This document shows positions 1-11,095 of a stretch of DNA of 64,000 bases, one piece after another. Below the pieces are notes generated by a model, which was given only the letters and a program-made list of their open reading frames with translations, was not told where the DNA came from and did no database searches. How positions within the stretch are numbered: position 1 is the stretch's first letter; each line of letters begins with the position of its first letter. Source of the stretch: Camelus ferus (taxonomy: Eukaryota); the NCBI RefSeq assembly GCF_009834535.1, contig NC_045697.1, positions 116,562,001 to 116,626,000 on the forward strand, given 5' to 3'. Both the position numbers and the translations under genes were made by a program.

Positions 1-963
1 ATTTTTATTCATTAGCATCCAACTGCATAATATATTCTTACGTTTTCTTTCCAATACAATGACTTTTTTTTGAAGTTAAAATCTGGCAGCAGACAACCAA
101 CAGTTAAAAATTATGATAAATGCAGGAGGGGAAAAGATTTGAAGTGAACTCTAAAGCCTCTTAAACACTAAAAAATCTGTTTTTGATAATCACTGTAAAG
201 AAAAAAGTGTCAAGGTAACTAATTTTATCTACTTGTAAACAGTATACTAAAAACCATAATATTGGGAATAATTTTTTAAACCACAGTTAAACCCTTCGCC
301 TATCCTAAATCTTGAAAAAAATGATAAAGGTATCACAGGAGAGCCCAGTTCCACTGTTCAAATACAGTATTACCATTATTCAAAAGAACATTTAATTATT
401 AAATATTTAGCAATATATTTAACATTTAATAATGCTTCATTATTTATTATTAAACATAAATTTATGATGCACTGTAGTTTAGTGTATGAAGTTACCATTT
501 GCTTCTGAAACTGCTGATTTGGTGTCAGACAACACTAATTCTATTGCTTATACAGTGACTGATTTTCTCAAAAATATCTGGAACTGGATCATCTGATTTC
601 CTCCTGGGGGCTGGAAAGTAAAAGTCATGACCTTCACCCCCTTTCTGAAAACAAATCTGGAACTTTAGAGATTTAAACACTTAGACATCTTGGCTGGATT
701 CTGGTGGAGAAGTGAGGTCAAAAGTCCACTGAACTCCGGACATGTCAAAATCACACCAGTGGTGCGCCTGCGTCCGTGTCTGATGCCAGCAGTGCTAACA
801 CTGGGCCATGAAAATGGCGATGACTGAAACATCTGAGGAAGATGGAAATGGTGATTTTGGTGGGATTTGGCTAACATTTGGCCCAAGAATGATTTCAGCT
901 AAATTAAGAGTAGGGCAGACAGCACCCCGCTCCTTTGACATTACAAAATAACATAGAGCATAC

Positions 964-1406
964 TGTGGGTGAAGAATGTCACCGGCCACCGCTGTAAACA
1001 AAGGACGTTGCTGCCATCAAGCCCTCAGCCACAGCAGCCCCCCCCCCCCTCGCCCCAACCTGAGAAAACAGGACACGGGCCCTAGATAGTTAAGGTGCAC
1101 ATGAAAGGGATGATTTTAATGAGCCCAGACTCCTGCATCTTCCCATACACAGAAAAGTGCTAAATTCATTAACTTGAGATATCTGGTTTTCTCTAATTAG
1201 CAGTAATCTCGTGATGCTCCGACTGCATGGGGGTTTTCTGCACAACTCCTGTATCTCCTGGCTCCTCCCTACCTCTTGGGAGCAGTCCCTCAGAGAGATC
1301 TGGGAGGCTGTCTCTTGGGCTTACGTTCTCAGCAAGCCTGCCAAATAAAAGGTAATTCTCAACTTTTAGGGTGTGCACTTTTTTTTTTTTTTTTTTTTAG
1401 TTGACA
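964..1406 (+). mobile_element. 5' LTR
   Basis: TG...CA termini and AATAAA near 1344. Shares blocks such as cctagatagttaaggtgca, taaattcattaacttga and aattctcaacttttagg with 5675-6100. Confidence 0.85.
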
Positions 1407-1410
1407 GCTT

Positions 1411-1428
1411 TGGGGATCACACAGAGAC
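1411..1428 (+). other. Degenerate primer-binding site, probably tRNA-Arg
   Basis: TGGGGATCACACAGAGAC 4 nt after the LTR; 13/18 match to the recalled Arg-type PBS TGGCGACCACGAAGGGAC. Confidence 0.5.
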
Positions 1429-2679
1429 CCAGAGCAGACCTCTCTCCTTCGCCTGAACTCTGTGAGGGTCTGGAGCCTGGTATCAGCAGAGGCCTCTTAG
1501 GCCCATTCGCCGCCTCACAGGGTCCAGACAAATCTGCATGAGTCTCTCCTGGTTCTCAGTTCTCCTGATTATTGGCTGATGATGCTAAGTTTCACCTGGT
1601 GGTGTCTAACAGGTACCTGGCTCCCCATTTGAAAGACACTGGGAGTTGCTGAACAATCCGGCCTGGGTGACTAAGTGAGAAGCTGGCGTAACATCTCTGC
1701 CTCCAGTTAACAATCCAGCCAGGTTCCCGTATGCACAAGACTTACACTTACAAGTACTTACTTAATTAGGAAATAAAGGAAATCTTGCCTGAAAATGACT
1801 AACATGGGGGGGAGTCTTTTATTGCATATGCAGTTAAGTTAGGGAAAGTGGGCTTGATAAAACATCTTTTCAGAACTCTGATCTTAAAGAAACAAAAGCC
1901 CTTCTTGAGGGGAACTTGCATTTCTCCTTTTGTGTCTTTGAGATGTAAATGATTTACCTGATCATACTCAGTGTTTTGTGTGTATGTGTTCCAAGAACCT
2001 GGACTCTGCCATCTGGAAGGTACACACATGGTGGACATGTGGCAGCCTACTGAATAGACTGGGATTCTGAGCAGTTGTCCACCTGACCCTGCCAACTCTC
2101 AAGGGCTTTCTGCCATCCTAACCTTCACTGCATCAGCCTGTACGACGAAGGCCTTTACCTCCTTAGACTGTTTTGGGAGTAAACCTTCTGGATCTTGTTC
2201 TGGTGCCATCCTTCACACTCCTGTGGGGAAGCCGCTTGCACCTTATTGGTTTGAGTCACTATAAAGCTATATCTCATTAATGGCCAGAGGATGGATCTTT
2301 TAAATTGGAGCAGCTTCTAAACTGGTGAATGTTTACAGAGCTCTCACTGGAAGCAGCTGTTCTATTGCTACCTATGGAAAAGAACAAATTAGAAGGTGGA
2401 AAAAGATATATATATAAAATGGTTAACCTAAGAACTCCTTTAAAACAAAAAAAACCAGACTAGTTTGGGAAGCCTTACTTGTCGTCTCCACTTCCCCTGA
2501 ATGGGTCGTACAGATGCTAATAAAAACATTAGGATAATTAATGTTAACTAGGTTGATTAACAGGGAGTTAAAAAAAAAACTGAAGTGAAAGTTTAGAGAC
2601 TTACTCCCAACGAGGTGAAAATTTTAAAGACACTTGTCTCAAAATGATAAAGAAATCTACAGACGGTTATTAAGAAATG

Positions 2680-4285
2680 AGATGACTGGCAGCCAAGACA
2701 GTGGAGAAGCAGCAGCTGGAACTCACCTCCTCTCAGACACAGCAAGACCACAACTAACTGCAGAACAACCATCGACAGAATACTAGAAACTACCAGACAA
2801 GACCTTCTGTAGCTAAAAACTTAAAGAAACCATGAGGAGACTGGTAGGAGGGGTGGACTCACGATATAATCAGGTCTTGTACCCTCCGGGGGGGCGACCC
2901 GCAAACTGGAGAATAATTAAATTGCAGGGGTTCTCCCAAGGGAGCGAGAGCTCTGAGTCCCATGTCAGCTCCCCAGCCAGGGGGCCCAGCACCGGGAAGA
3001 GGCGCCCCCAGCATGCTGGGCTTTGGAGGCCAGACACAGGAGCTCTGCGAGACTGGGGGAAACAGAGACCATACGCTTAGGGTGGCACCGGAAGTCCCAC
3101 ACTCGCTGGGACCAAGGGCAAAAGCAGTCATTTCTCAGGAGCCTGGGCCAGAACTACCTGCTAGTCTTGGGGGTCTCCTGGGGAGGCGTGGGGCAGCTGT
3201 GGCTCACCCTGGGGGCATGGACATGGTGGCAGACATTGGGGGTGTTCATCTGAATGAACTCTCCTTTGGGGAGGCTGACATCTTGCTTGCACATTAGCAC
3301 CGAGACTTGGCCCCACCCAACAGATTTTAGGCTCCTGAGCTGGGATGCCTCAGACCAAACAACTAGCTAGGTGGGGATGTATCCCCACCCATCAGCAGAC
3401 TGCAACAACCCCTGACTCACAGCCACCTCTGGACATGTCTCTAGACACGGCCCTGCCCACCAGAGAGCCAAGACTCAGCTCCACCCACCAGTGACAGGCA
3501 CCGGCCTCTCCCACCAGGAGGCCTGCACCAGCCTCTAGACCAGCCTTACCCACCAGGCGGCAGACAGCTGGAGCCAGAAAACTTCGATCTCACAACCTGC
3601 AAAACAACTCCACAAACACAGGCCAGAATCTGCCCTGGGACCAGCTGGCCACAGGCCCCCGGGTGACGAGTGGGGAGTGCACTGCCGGGACACATACGAC
3701 ATCTCTTAGAGGGGGCCACTCCTCCAAGGTCGAGAAACGTAACTAACGTGCCATACACAGAAAAAAACAAATAGAAATTAAGACAAAATGAGGCAGCAGA
3801 GGAATATCTTTCAGACAAAGGATAAGATAAAACCCCAGAGGAAGAACTAAGTGATGTGGAGACAGGCAATCTATCCGAGAAAGAGATCAGGGTTATGATC
3901 ATAAGACTGATCAAAGATCTCAGGAGAAGAATGGATGAACACAGTGAGAAGCTAGAATTTGTTAGCAAAGAGACAGAAAAATAAGGAACAACCAGAGGTG
4001 AAGAATGCAATAACTGAAATGAAAAATACACAAGGAACCAATACTAAACAAGGCAGAAGAATGAATCAGTGAGCTAGAAGACAGAGTAGTGGAAGTCAAT
4101 GCCACAGAACAGAAAAAAGAAAAAAAGAATGAAATGAAATGAAGACAGTTTAAGAGTATTCTGGGACAATATCAAACGCACTAACATTCACATTATAGCG
4201 GTCCCAGAAAGAGAAGAAAGAGAGAAAGGGACCAAGAAAATATTTGAAGAAATAATAGCCAAAAACTTCCCTGACCTGGGGAAGG
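2680..4285 (+). mobile_element. L1 5'UTR plus N-terminal ORF1, 3'-truncated, nested in the ERV
   Basis: 5'UTR homologous to 54100-55049 (minus). ORF1 ATG at 3788 (MRQQRNIFQTKG*DKTPEEELSDVETGNL...) has stops and is homologous to the ORF1 at 17679. Ends abruptly at aacttccctgacctggggaag. Confidence 0.85.
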
Positions 4286-5674
4286 TGTGATTAGATTAAA
4301 TTCAATTAGGTAAATGGATTTTGTTTTACAAGTAGGCTGGTGCAGAACTGGACCCAGTTTCTGTCTTTGTTAAGAGAACAAAGTTTTCTGGAAATACTGC
4401 TTTTGATAACAGATTGTGTGAACTTCATTGCCTTTAAGTGATCTGTATTTGCTTTTGAAATCTTTTGTCACTATGGTTAAGTGAATAAACATTAGTCCAC
4501 AGTAAACTACGATCCTATTTGACCAAGTGTTTCGAAACCTTTTTGATAGTTTTGACAGACTTCCCAAATACTGAATTCTAACTAAAGTTCTTTTGACCTC
4601 CAGCTAACTCTGGGACGCTTCAAAGAACCCTGAGACATATCAAAGAGAGATATTAAACTAATTAGGTTAATTTATGTTAAATAACATGGGAAACATTGTC
4701 AAATGGGCGAGGATAAAAGCTTCTAAGGTTAGATGTCATTAATAAAGATATTCCAAAATTTATATGGAATTCCTGAAAGTCTGATACATTCTGGTGTAAC
4801 GTGATCAGTCATAATTCTACTTACTACCTTAAAAATGTTGTTTGTCACAGTATATCCAAGTTTCTTGTCGGCTGCATTGTAATGTGATCTTTAACCACGC
4901 CATTTTAAGCCTTTTGTCATTTATAGATTATCACTGTTTTACTCTGATGCTTTTATAAAATGAAAATCTTCAAGATTTATAAAAAGGCCTTTCTGACAAA
5001 TACAAGTTTTGGATAACTTTTAGATCATACCACTGACTGGAAAACCTCTCCTCTTATGACATGACCTACAACAACTTGATAAAGTGTAGCTCTGTAAACA
5101 AAGATGAAACAATTATCTTTTTCTCTCTACCCGATCCCTCCAGAGTTTGGCTTCTCCAGCGGGCTTCCCTGCAGACTCAATGGCTTATTTCCACCAGATT
5201 ACAACTAGTTATACTAATCATTGTTTTAATTTGCCCTCGGGGCTTCAAATTATTTACACCTTGTGCCTCTCTCTGCTGTGCTATGACTTTATTATTACTA
5301 GCTGTGTTACTCACATCCTGTTTTGTAAGATTGTTGTCTCTTGTCCCAATATGTAACCAGGCCTCCAACAAAATTAACGTCTCGAGACAGTTGATCATAT
5401 ATATAACTCTACATAGAACAGCTGTAATAGTGCAACTCTAGATACGGCAATAAGCAACAAGGGAAAAACATCTCCTGGATCATAACAAACCAGAAAGACA
5501 GACGATCCAGAGACTTATAGATTATTAACAGGGCCTGATCCAAAAATTAACACAGAGTGGCCTATCAACAGAATCTTCACCTGACAAAGGTATGAGCCTT
5601 CCTAGCACCGTGAGACAAATTGGTCAAGAAATGCCTCCCACACGCTGGTCAAATTTATGACTAAGAGGAGACAC

Positions 5675-6100
5675 TATGGACAAAGAATGTCACCAACCAT
5701 ATTGGTAAACAAAGGATGCTGTGGTCATCCACCCAGCAGCCACTCCCAGCTGTGCACCCTGAGGGGAGTCAGGATAGAGAAAAATAAGATACTGGCCCTA
5801 GATAGTTAAGGTGCAGATCAAGAAATGATTTCAATGAGTCCAGACTCTTGCATCTTTTCATACATAGAAAAGCAGTAAATTCATTAACTTGATATTTCTG
5901 GTTTTCTTTACTTACCAGTAATCTTGTGATATTCTATCTTTTTGCAGAAAACTCCTGTATATCCTGATCCCTCCCTTACCTCTTCAGAACAGTCCCTCAG
6001 AGCGATCTGAGAGGCTGTCTTCCAGGCGTAAGTCCTCAGTATGTCCACTGAATAAAACATAATTCTCAACTTTTAGGCTGTGCATTCTTTTCAGCCAACA
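5675..6100 (+). mobile_element. 3' LTR
   Basis: Diverged copy of 964-1406, preceded by a PPT; AATAAA at ~6051; ends ...CAGCCAACA. Confidence 0.85.
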
Positions 6101-6856
6101 CTATCTACATATTAGATATAGTAATACATGCACGAGTAATAGAAACTTTAAACAAAATTCTAATTATTTAATATATGGTGGCCAAATTTGACAAAATTCT
6201 ACTTCCATGAAATTTACCTAAGAATATCCTTGAATTTGCAATATGTATATTTGCTTATTCTATAACCAAAAATTAATTTAAATAAAAATTAAGCCAGTTG
6301 TGAGAGAATTCAAGATCCTGTAGTAAACTTAAAACATTTTTTTAATGTTCTTTTTGTTTTTAAGTAAAAAAGAAACAGAAAACCATCCAAATGCGTCATT
6401 CTATCTTCTTTTTTTGAAGTGAAAGGGGAAGTAATAAGGTATCTCATCAAGTCATCGTGATGATTCTAGAGGCAGTCAAAATACGAAAAGCCCCTAGAGA
6501 TAATTTTAGACGAAGAAGAGAAACTCCTGGCTCCAGAAAGAACCGGGTGACTCGGGCAGCGCAGGAATGTTGACACTGATGTGACAGATGAGACTTGGAA
6601 TCCCTCAGAATGGACTAGGACGGCTGCAAAGTCGCAGGTCCGGTGGGACCAAGGAGAAAACCGTGCAAACACTACTGTACCCACTTTCAACAAGGCAGCC
6701 GGTAACACCTGAGCTCTGGGATGCGGGACAGCGCCAGGGCTCGGGAAGACGCTTCTCCCAAGTCCGCGGCAGCGTGTTGACAAGTCTTTTCGCTCACGAC
6801 CTTTGGCCTAGTTATCAACTCGTCCAATTGGGACAAGCCCAGCGGAGGCACCGAGT

Positions 6857-6870
6857 CGGCCAGAGGGCGC
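6857..6870 (+). promoter_or_regulatory. CTCF-like motif at the ETFDH side of the CpG island
   Basis: CGGCCAGAGGGCGC, 13/14 match to CCRSYAGRKGGCRS; motif only. Confidence 0.4.
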
Positions 6871-6984
6871 GCGCGCCGCGTGCCCTCTGCGCTGGTCCTG
6901 CCTGAGAGGCGACCCCGGACAGCCGCGCGCGCCCCTCCCCGACTCGCGACCTCGCCGTCCCCGTCCCGCCGGGTCCCCGCTCAC

Positions 6985-7018
6985 CCGGGCAGGCCAGCCT
7001 GGCCAGCGGTACCAGCAT
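6985..7018 (-). CDS. ETFDH: ETFDH exon 1 coding part (ETF-ubiquinone oxidoreductase, start of mitochondrial presequence)
   Basis: MLVPLARLACP resembles the human N-terminus MLVPLAKLSCL. 34 coding nt, then a GTGAG donor at 6984. Known head-to-head arrangement with C4orf46. Exon 2 was not found and presumably lies before base 1. Confidence 0.93.
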
Positions 7019-7087
7019 GTTCGCGGTCGCCCGGACTCTGGCGACACCGCGGGGGAGGCGGGCTGCGGCTCGCGGGGCGCGGGACCT

Positions 7088-7108
7088 CTAGGCCGCGGGT
7101 GGCACCAT
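7088..7108 (-). other. uORF (MVPPAA*) in the ETFDH 5' leader
   Basis: AGG-ATG-G strong Kozak; TAG at 7090-7088; same frame as the main ATG 90 nt downstream. Confidence 0.65.
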
Positions 7109-7200
7109 CCTACCGGGATGCAGCCTGTCTTAGTGGAGTCTGCCTCCAGCAGCTCAGCGGGCCGCTCGGGCTTCCCCGCGCGCCCGCCTCCGACTCGCTC

Positions 7201-7250
7201 TGCGCCTGCGCCACGCGTGACGCGCCGACCTGCATCGCTTCCGGGTCACA
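7201..7250. promoter_or_regulatory. NRF1-like, half-CRE/E-box-like and ETS/GABP motif cluster
   Basis: TGCGCCTGCGCC 7201-7212, CACGCGTGACG 7212-7222, CCGGAAGC on minus ~7237-7244; also an inverted CCAAT at 7446-7450. Confidence 0.65.
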
Positions 7251-7594
7251 GCCGGGAGGGCGCCGGAGCGTGCTGAGAGACCACAAATCCCAGGGTGCCG
7301 TGCGCGCGCGGTGCCCAGGCAGTGGAGGCGGAGCGGCGCGCACGGCACTCTGGCCGTTGTAGTCTTCTGCTCGAGGGTACCGGGAGCCCGGGCGGAGGTT
7401 GGTGCTGGAGCGAAGAGCCGCCCTAGGCGAATTAACCGGCTTCGGATTGGCTGTTCCGAGAAAATGACGAGGCTTCGCGGTCCTGGGCAGAGAGCCGCGA
7501 GGAGGCGGGGCCTCTGGGCTTTGGGCGCGAGCGGTTGAAAGGCGTTGGTGTCGGTTCGGCTGAGGGGGTCCGGCCCCGCCGCCCAGCCCGCTCC

Positions 7595-7780
7595 ATGGCG
7601 GAGCATGAGGAAGCGCAGGTTTCCTCGCCGCCCCCGCCACCGCCCTCGTCTCCGTCGTCGTTAGACGGCTCTTCAGCATCTTCCCCCGGTGTCCCTGTGG
7701 GCTTGAGTTGGCCAATTCCGAGCAAGAGCGACGTTAGGACAGTGGACCCCCTGGAGGAGGTGGAGCTGCAGATCGGAGAC
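7595..7780 (+). CDS. C4orf46: C4orf46 (RCDG1) orthologue, exon 1
   Basis: [22 protein letters not shown]...[12 protein letters not shown]; 186 nt followed by a GTGAGT donor. Confidence 0.93.
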
Positions 7781-9067
7781 GTGAGTGTCGGGGAGGCTGG
7801 CCCGCGGCGGGGCGGGCGGACGGGGGACGGAGCCTGCGGGGGCCGAGGGATGCGGTGTGTGTGGTGGCGGGGCGGGGGGGTCCGAGCATCCCGCCCCGGC
7901 CGCACCGCCGTCTTAGTGCCCGGCCGTCTGGTTTCCCTCCCGGCTGTAACCCGAAACCGCGCCCACCCCGCCTGTGCGGGTGGCGAGGGTCAGGCCGCGA
8001 TGCTTTCCCGGGACTTAGGGCTCCGCTGTCCTAGCTGGCCGCCTGCCCGGAGCCGCCCGCAGCGCGCTACCTGCCCCAGGCTGGCTCTGCGCCTGGCACA
8101 CTTAGGGCCACCGCCCCGTGGTCCGGAGCGGTTTCACGGACGGTTCAAAGACCCCTCCCTGGGTGGCTGGGATGCCAGGTCTGGACGGTTTCTGTTGAAT
8201 CTCGAATTTCCAGACACTGGCGCGCGCACACGCCCCACCAGAGGGGCGTGTTTCAGTTTTTCAGAACTCGAGTGGTCAAGTGGATGGGGTCTGTAGGGCG
8301 CGATCTTAACTGAGAGACGCCCCCTCCCCCCGCCCCCGGCCCGGTGCAGACTGCAGACTCGGCCCGAACTCCGTGATCTCATCGCTCACGCAGGATTTGT
8401 GGCTTTAAAAGATGGCTTAAGTGCTGACACAGTTTGTTTTTGCTGAGCAAGGCTGTTTCCAGGGGAGCAGTAGAATGGCGTACTGATGTGTTATCTAGGA
8501 ACGGTGTTATTTAATATTGTAGTTGAAAAAAAATTTGATCAGGAAGTGAGTTTTCTACCAAGAGTCAGGTATTTTCTGTTTGACTTTGTTGATGGCTGTT
8601 TGTGAGCTCATTGTCTGTCATTTGGTCTCTGCGTTGTCGGGGTCTGCTGCGTTCACAGGTGAAAATAGTGGAGTGGTGCCCTTGTTACCCACCGGTAAGA
8701 GCTGTTAGTGAAGCCCCTCAGATACTTCTGGTACTTGGTGCCAAGGGATCCAAGTCGTCTTGCTGAGCTAAATGAGACGCCAGTGTATTTTCAACTAAAA
8801 ACATACTGACTGCCATGTCTCCTACACAGTGGATATCTTCCTAGCAGACGTATTTCCTCAAAGTTTACTTCATATTCAAGAATTTCTTACCGTTCCTTGA
8901 AAGAGCTGGTATTTTAGTTTGAAGATTTTTTTTAACTTTTAAAGAAAATAACTTGAACATTGGATTCAAGGTTCTAAGTTTATTTTCAGCCTAACTTTGT
9001 AACATGAGGTAAGAATGAAAAAAAAATGAGCTTCTAATGTTGGACTTCATTTTTAAAAAAATTTCAG

Positions 9068-9223
9068 GCAGCGTTTTCGTTAACCAAACTTCTGGAAGCC
9101 ACATCTGCAGTATCAGCTCAAGTAGAAGACCTTGCCTTCAAATGTACAGAAAATGCACGTTTCCTTAAAACATGGCGGGACCTCTTGAAAGAAGGCTATG
9201 ATTCTTTGAAGCCTGACAGCTGA
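9068..9223 (+). CDS. C4orf46: C4orf46 orthologue, exon 2 (protein totals 113 aa)
   Basis: tttcag acceptor, phase 0; [51 protein letters not shown]. Confidence 0.93.
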   Translation, partial: AAFSLTKLLEATSAVSAQVEDLAFKCTENARFLKTWRDLLKEGYDSLKPDS

Positions 9224-10571
9224 TTCATCTGTGTTTGTCTGTACGTCCTCATGTATGGCGTCTGCACGTGTACCGTATGTAGAGGATAATCTCCAGCAGT
9301 TCTCTATACTGAAACTGAAATTTTTCTTGGTTTCTTTATTTTGATGTGGGTCAGCATTTGTTTCTCTTTAAATAATTTCTTCCTCTAAACTTTCATGGAC
9401 TCTTTTATGAAAGTTAATTTGATTTGTACGTAGTATTAATAATGCCACAGTGTTACCAGTAGCAAACTGGGTAGACCGTTTATCTGTTCAACTTGCAAGA
9501 TGCCAAGAATGGCAAAGGTTGAAGTTGAGCTTCGTTTTTTCTGGACCAGGAGAGGTAACTTTAAGGTTTTACCACTGCTAGATCTAGCTCTGTTAGGCTA
9601 AGTTCCCGAGAACCAATGATTGTCTGACTTCTGTATTTCCAGCACCTAGACCACTATCACCCAACAATCACTAAATATTTGTTGAATAAGAGTTGATAAC
9701 AAAATTAAAAACTGTTTTTTTTCCTATTTTTAGCAGGAAGACTATGATTGTTTCTCTAAAAAATATTTGAGTCAGAACTTCATTGACTTAAAGGACATTT
9801 TCTTTTTTTTTTTAAACAGGGATTTGGACTTTAACTGGTAAAATATATGATAAATATTTTTTTGCCCTTCTATGATGCTTTTCAGAAAATCTTTTAGTTC
9901 GGAAAATGAAACATGTCTTGAAAGAAAGCAAATTTTTTCCCCTGTGTGCTTCTAAGGTTAACTGCTTTTACAGCTCCTCGTATTTGATGTTGTTGTATGT
10001 TTGATGGCTCTCTTTAAAGTGTCTTATCAAAATTACAGCTCTGTAGTCTGAATTTTGAAACTTTGCAAGCAATAATTCAAATTCTAAATATGATGATTCT
10101 AAACAAGTTACTTTTTGAAAATGCATCAAATTTGAATGATATAATTGTTTTCATATTATTTGACCTGAATGACAGTGTTCTATTTTACTTGTCCTGAATC
10201 CTCAGTTGCTCGCTCTCTCTTTTTTTGGTGGGTTTATGTCACGTGTCAGCGATTAAGCCAAGCAATCCTCTGCTGTGTAACTTCTGGACATCTCTGATGT
10301 GGCGTCTTAATTCTTTGTATGCAAAGAATACTGTACAGAACTGTAATCTGTCCAGAACTAGATTTTAAAGGCCCCCAATGGGCCTGTGAAAGGGGACAAA
10401 TGGACAGGAAAGGATATCTTGTTTAGCTTATTAGGTCATAGTTCTAAATTAATTTTTTTAGTTAAAGATAACACATATGGTGTCCTCCTATACCAAAGAG
10501 AAGCCTATTTTGGTATTAGAAAAATATCTTTCTTAAGTGTCATGAAAATTACAATGTTTAAAATGTACAAA

Positions 10572-10577
10572 AATAAA
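10572..10577 (+). terminator. Candidate C4orf46 polyadenylation signal
   Basis: AATAAA preceded by TGTA and followed by T/GT-rich sequence; alternative AATAAA at 10712. Confidence 0.45.
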
Positions 10578-10949
10578 CACTTGTTCAAAGCAGATGTTAT
10601 TTCCATTTCTTTGAATTTGTTATTTTAAAAAGTTGGTGTTGTAATATTTCAAACCTAACAGGAAAGATGGGTGATTTGAAGAACATCCCTGTACTCCCAG
10701 CATGCAGAGTTAATAAATATTAGCGTTAGGTTACGTTTTCTGCAGATCTCGGTATGATGTCAATGTTAGACACATTTGAAGCTTGTTACCTCTTTGAGCC
10801 CACTTCCCCTTCTTCTCTGGAGGTGGTGCATATTCTGGTTTGTGTTTTTACATTTTTAGTACACATGTATGTTTCAGAACACTACAAAATACTGTGCTGA
10901 AAGTAATATTGTCAATCAACTATACTTCAATTGAAAAAGTACTGTTTTG

Positions 10950-11095
10950 TGTCGGTAGTAACCAGCCTCCAGTTGGCCCCAGTGGCCTCCTGCTGCTTGG
11001 TATTCATGCCCTCAGGGTAGTCTCCCTCCTTGACTGGTGCTGACTTCTGTAACTACCAGGATACTGATGAAATGCAGCGTGTGATTTCTGAGACC
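10950..11095 (+). mobile_element. MaLR (MLT1-type) LTR fragment
   Basis: Resembles the MLT1 5' end (gcttggtattcatgccct...gtgtgatttctgagac). Confidence 0.55.

Larger units (their letters stand above)
964..6100 (+). mobile_element. Decayed ERV1-class (MER4/MER41-like) provirus in ETFDH intron 1, antisense to ETFDH
   Basis: Two homologous ~430-440 bp direct repeats (964-1406, 5675-6100), a PBS-like sequence after the first, and a purine tract (aagaggagac) before the second. No intact gag/pol ORF and no exact TSD. Confidence 0.85.
6740..8400. promoter_or_regulatory. CpG island / bidirectional promoter of ETFDH and C4orf46
   Basis: Very GC- and CpG-rich in an AT-rich background. Head-to-head start codons at 7018 (-) and 7595 (+), with 576 nt between them. 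Confidence 0.95.

Noticed and set aside
6466..8382. Many overlapping 100-250 aa ORFs, including 7535-8296 and 7110-7715
   Set aside because: Stop-poor CpG island. Only 6985-7018 and 7595-7780 are bounded by splice donors and match known proteins; the rest is intron read-through or shadow frames.
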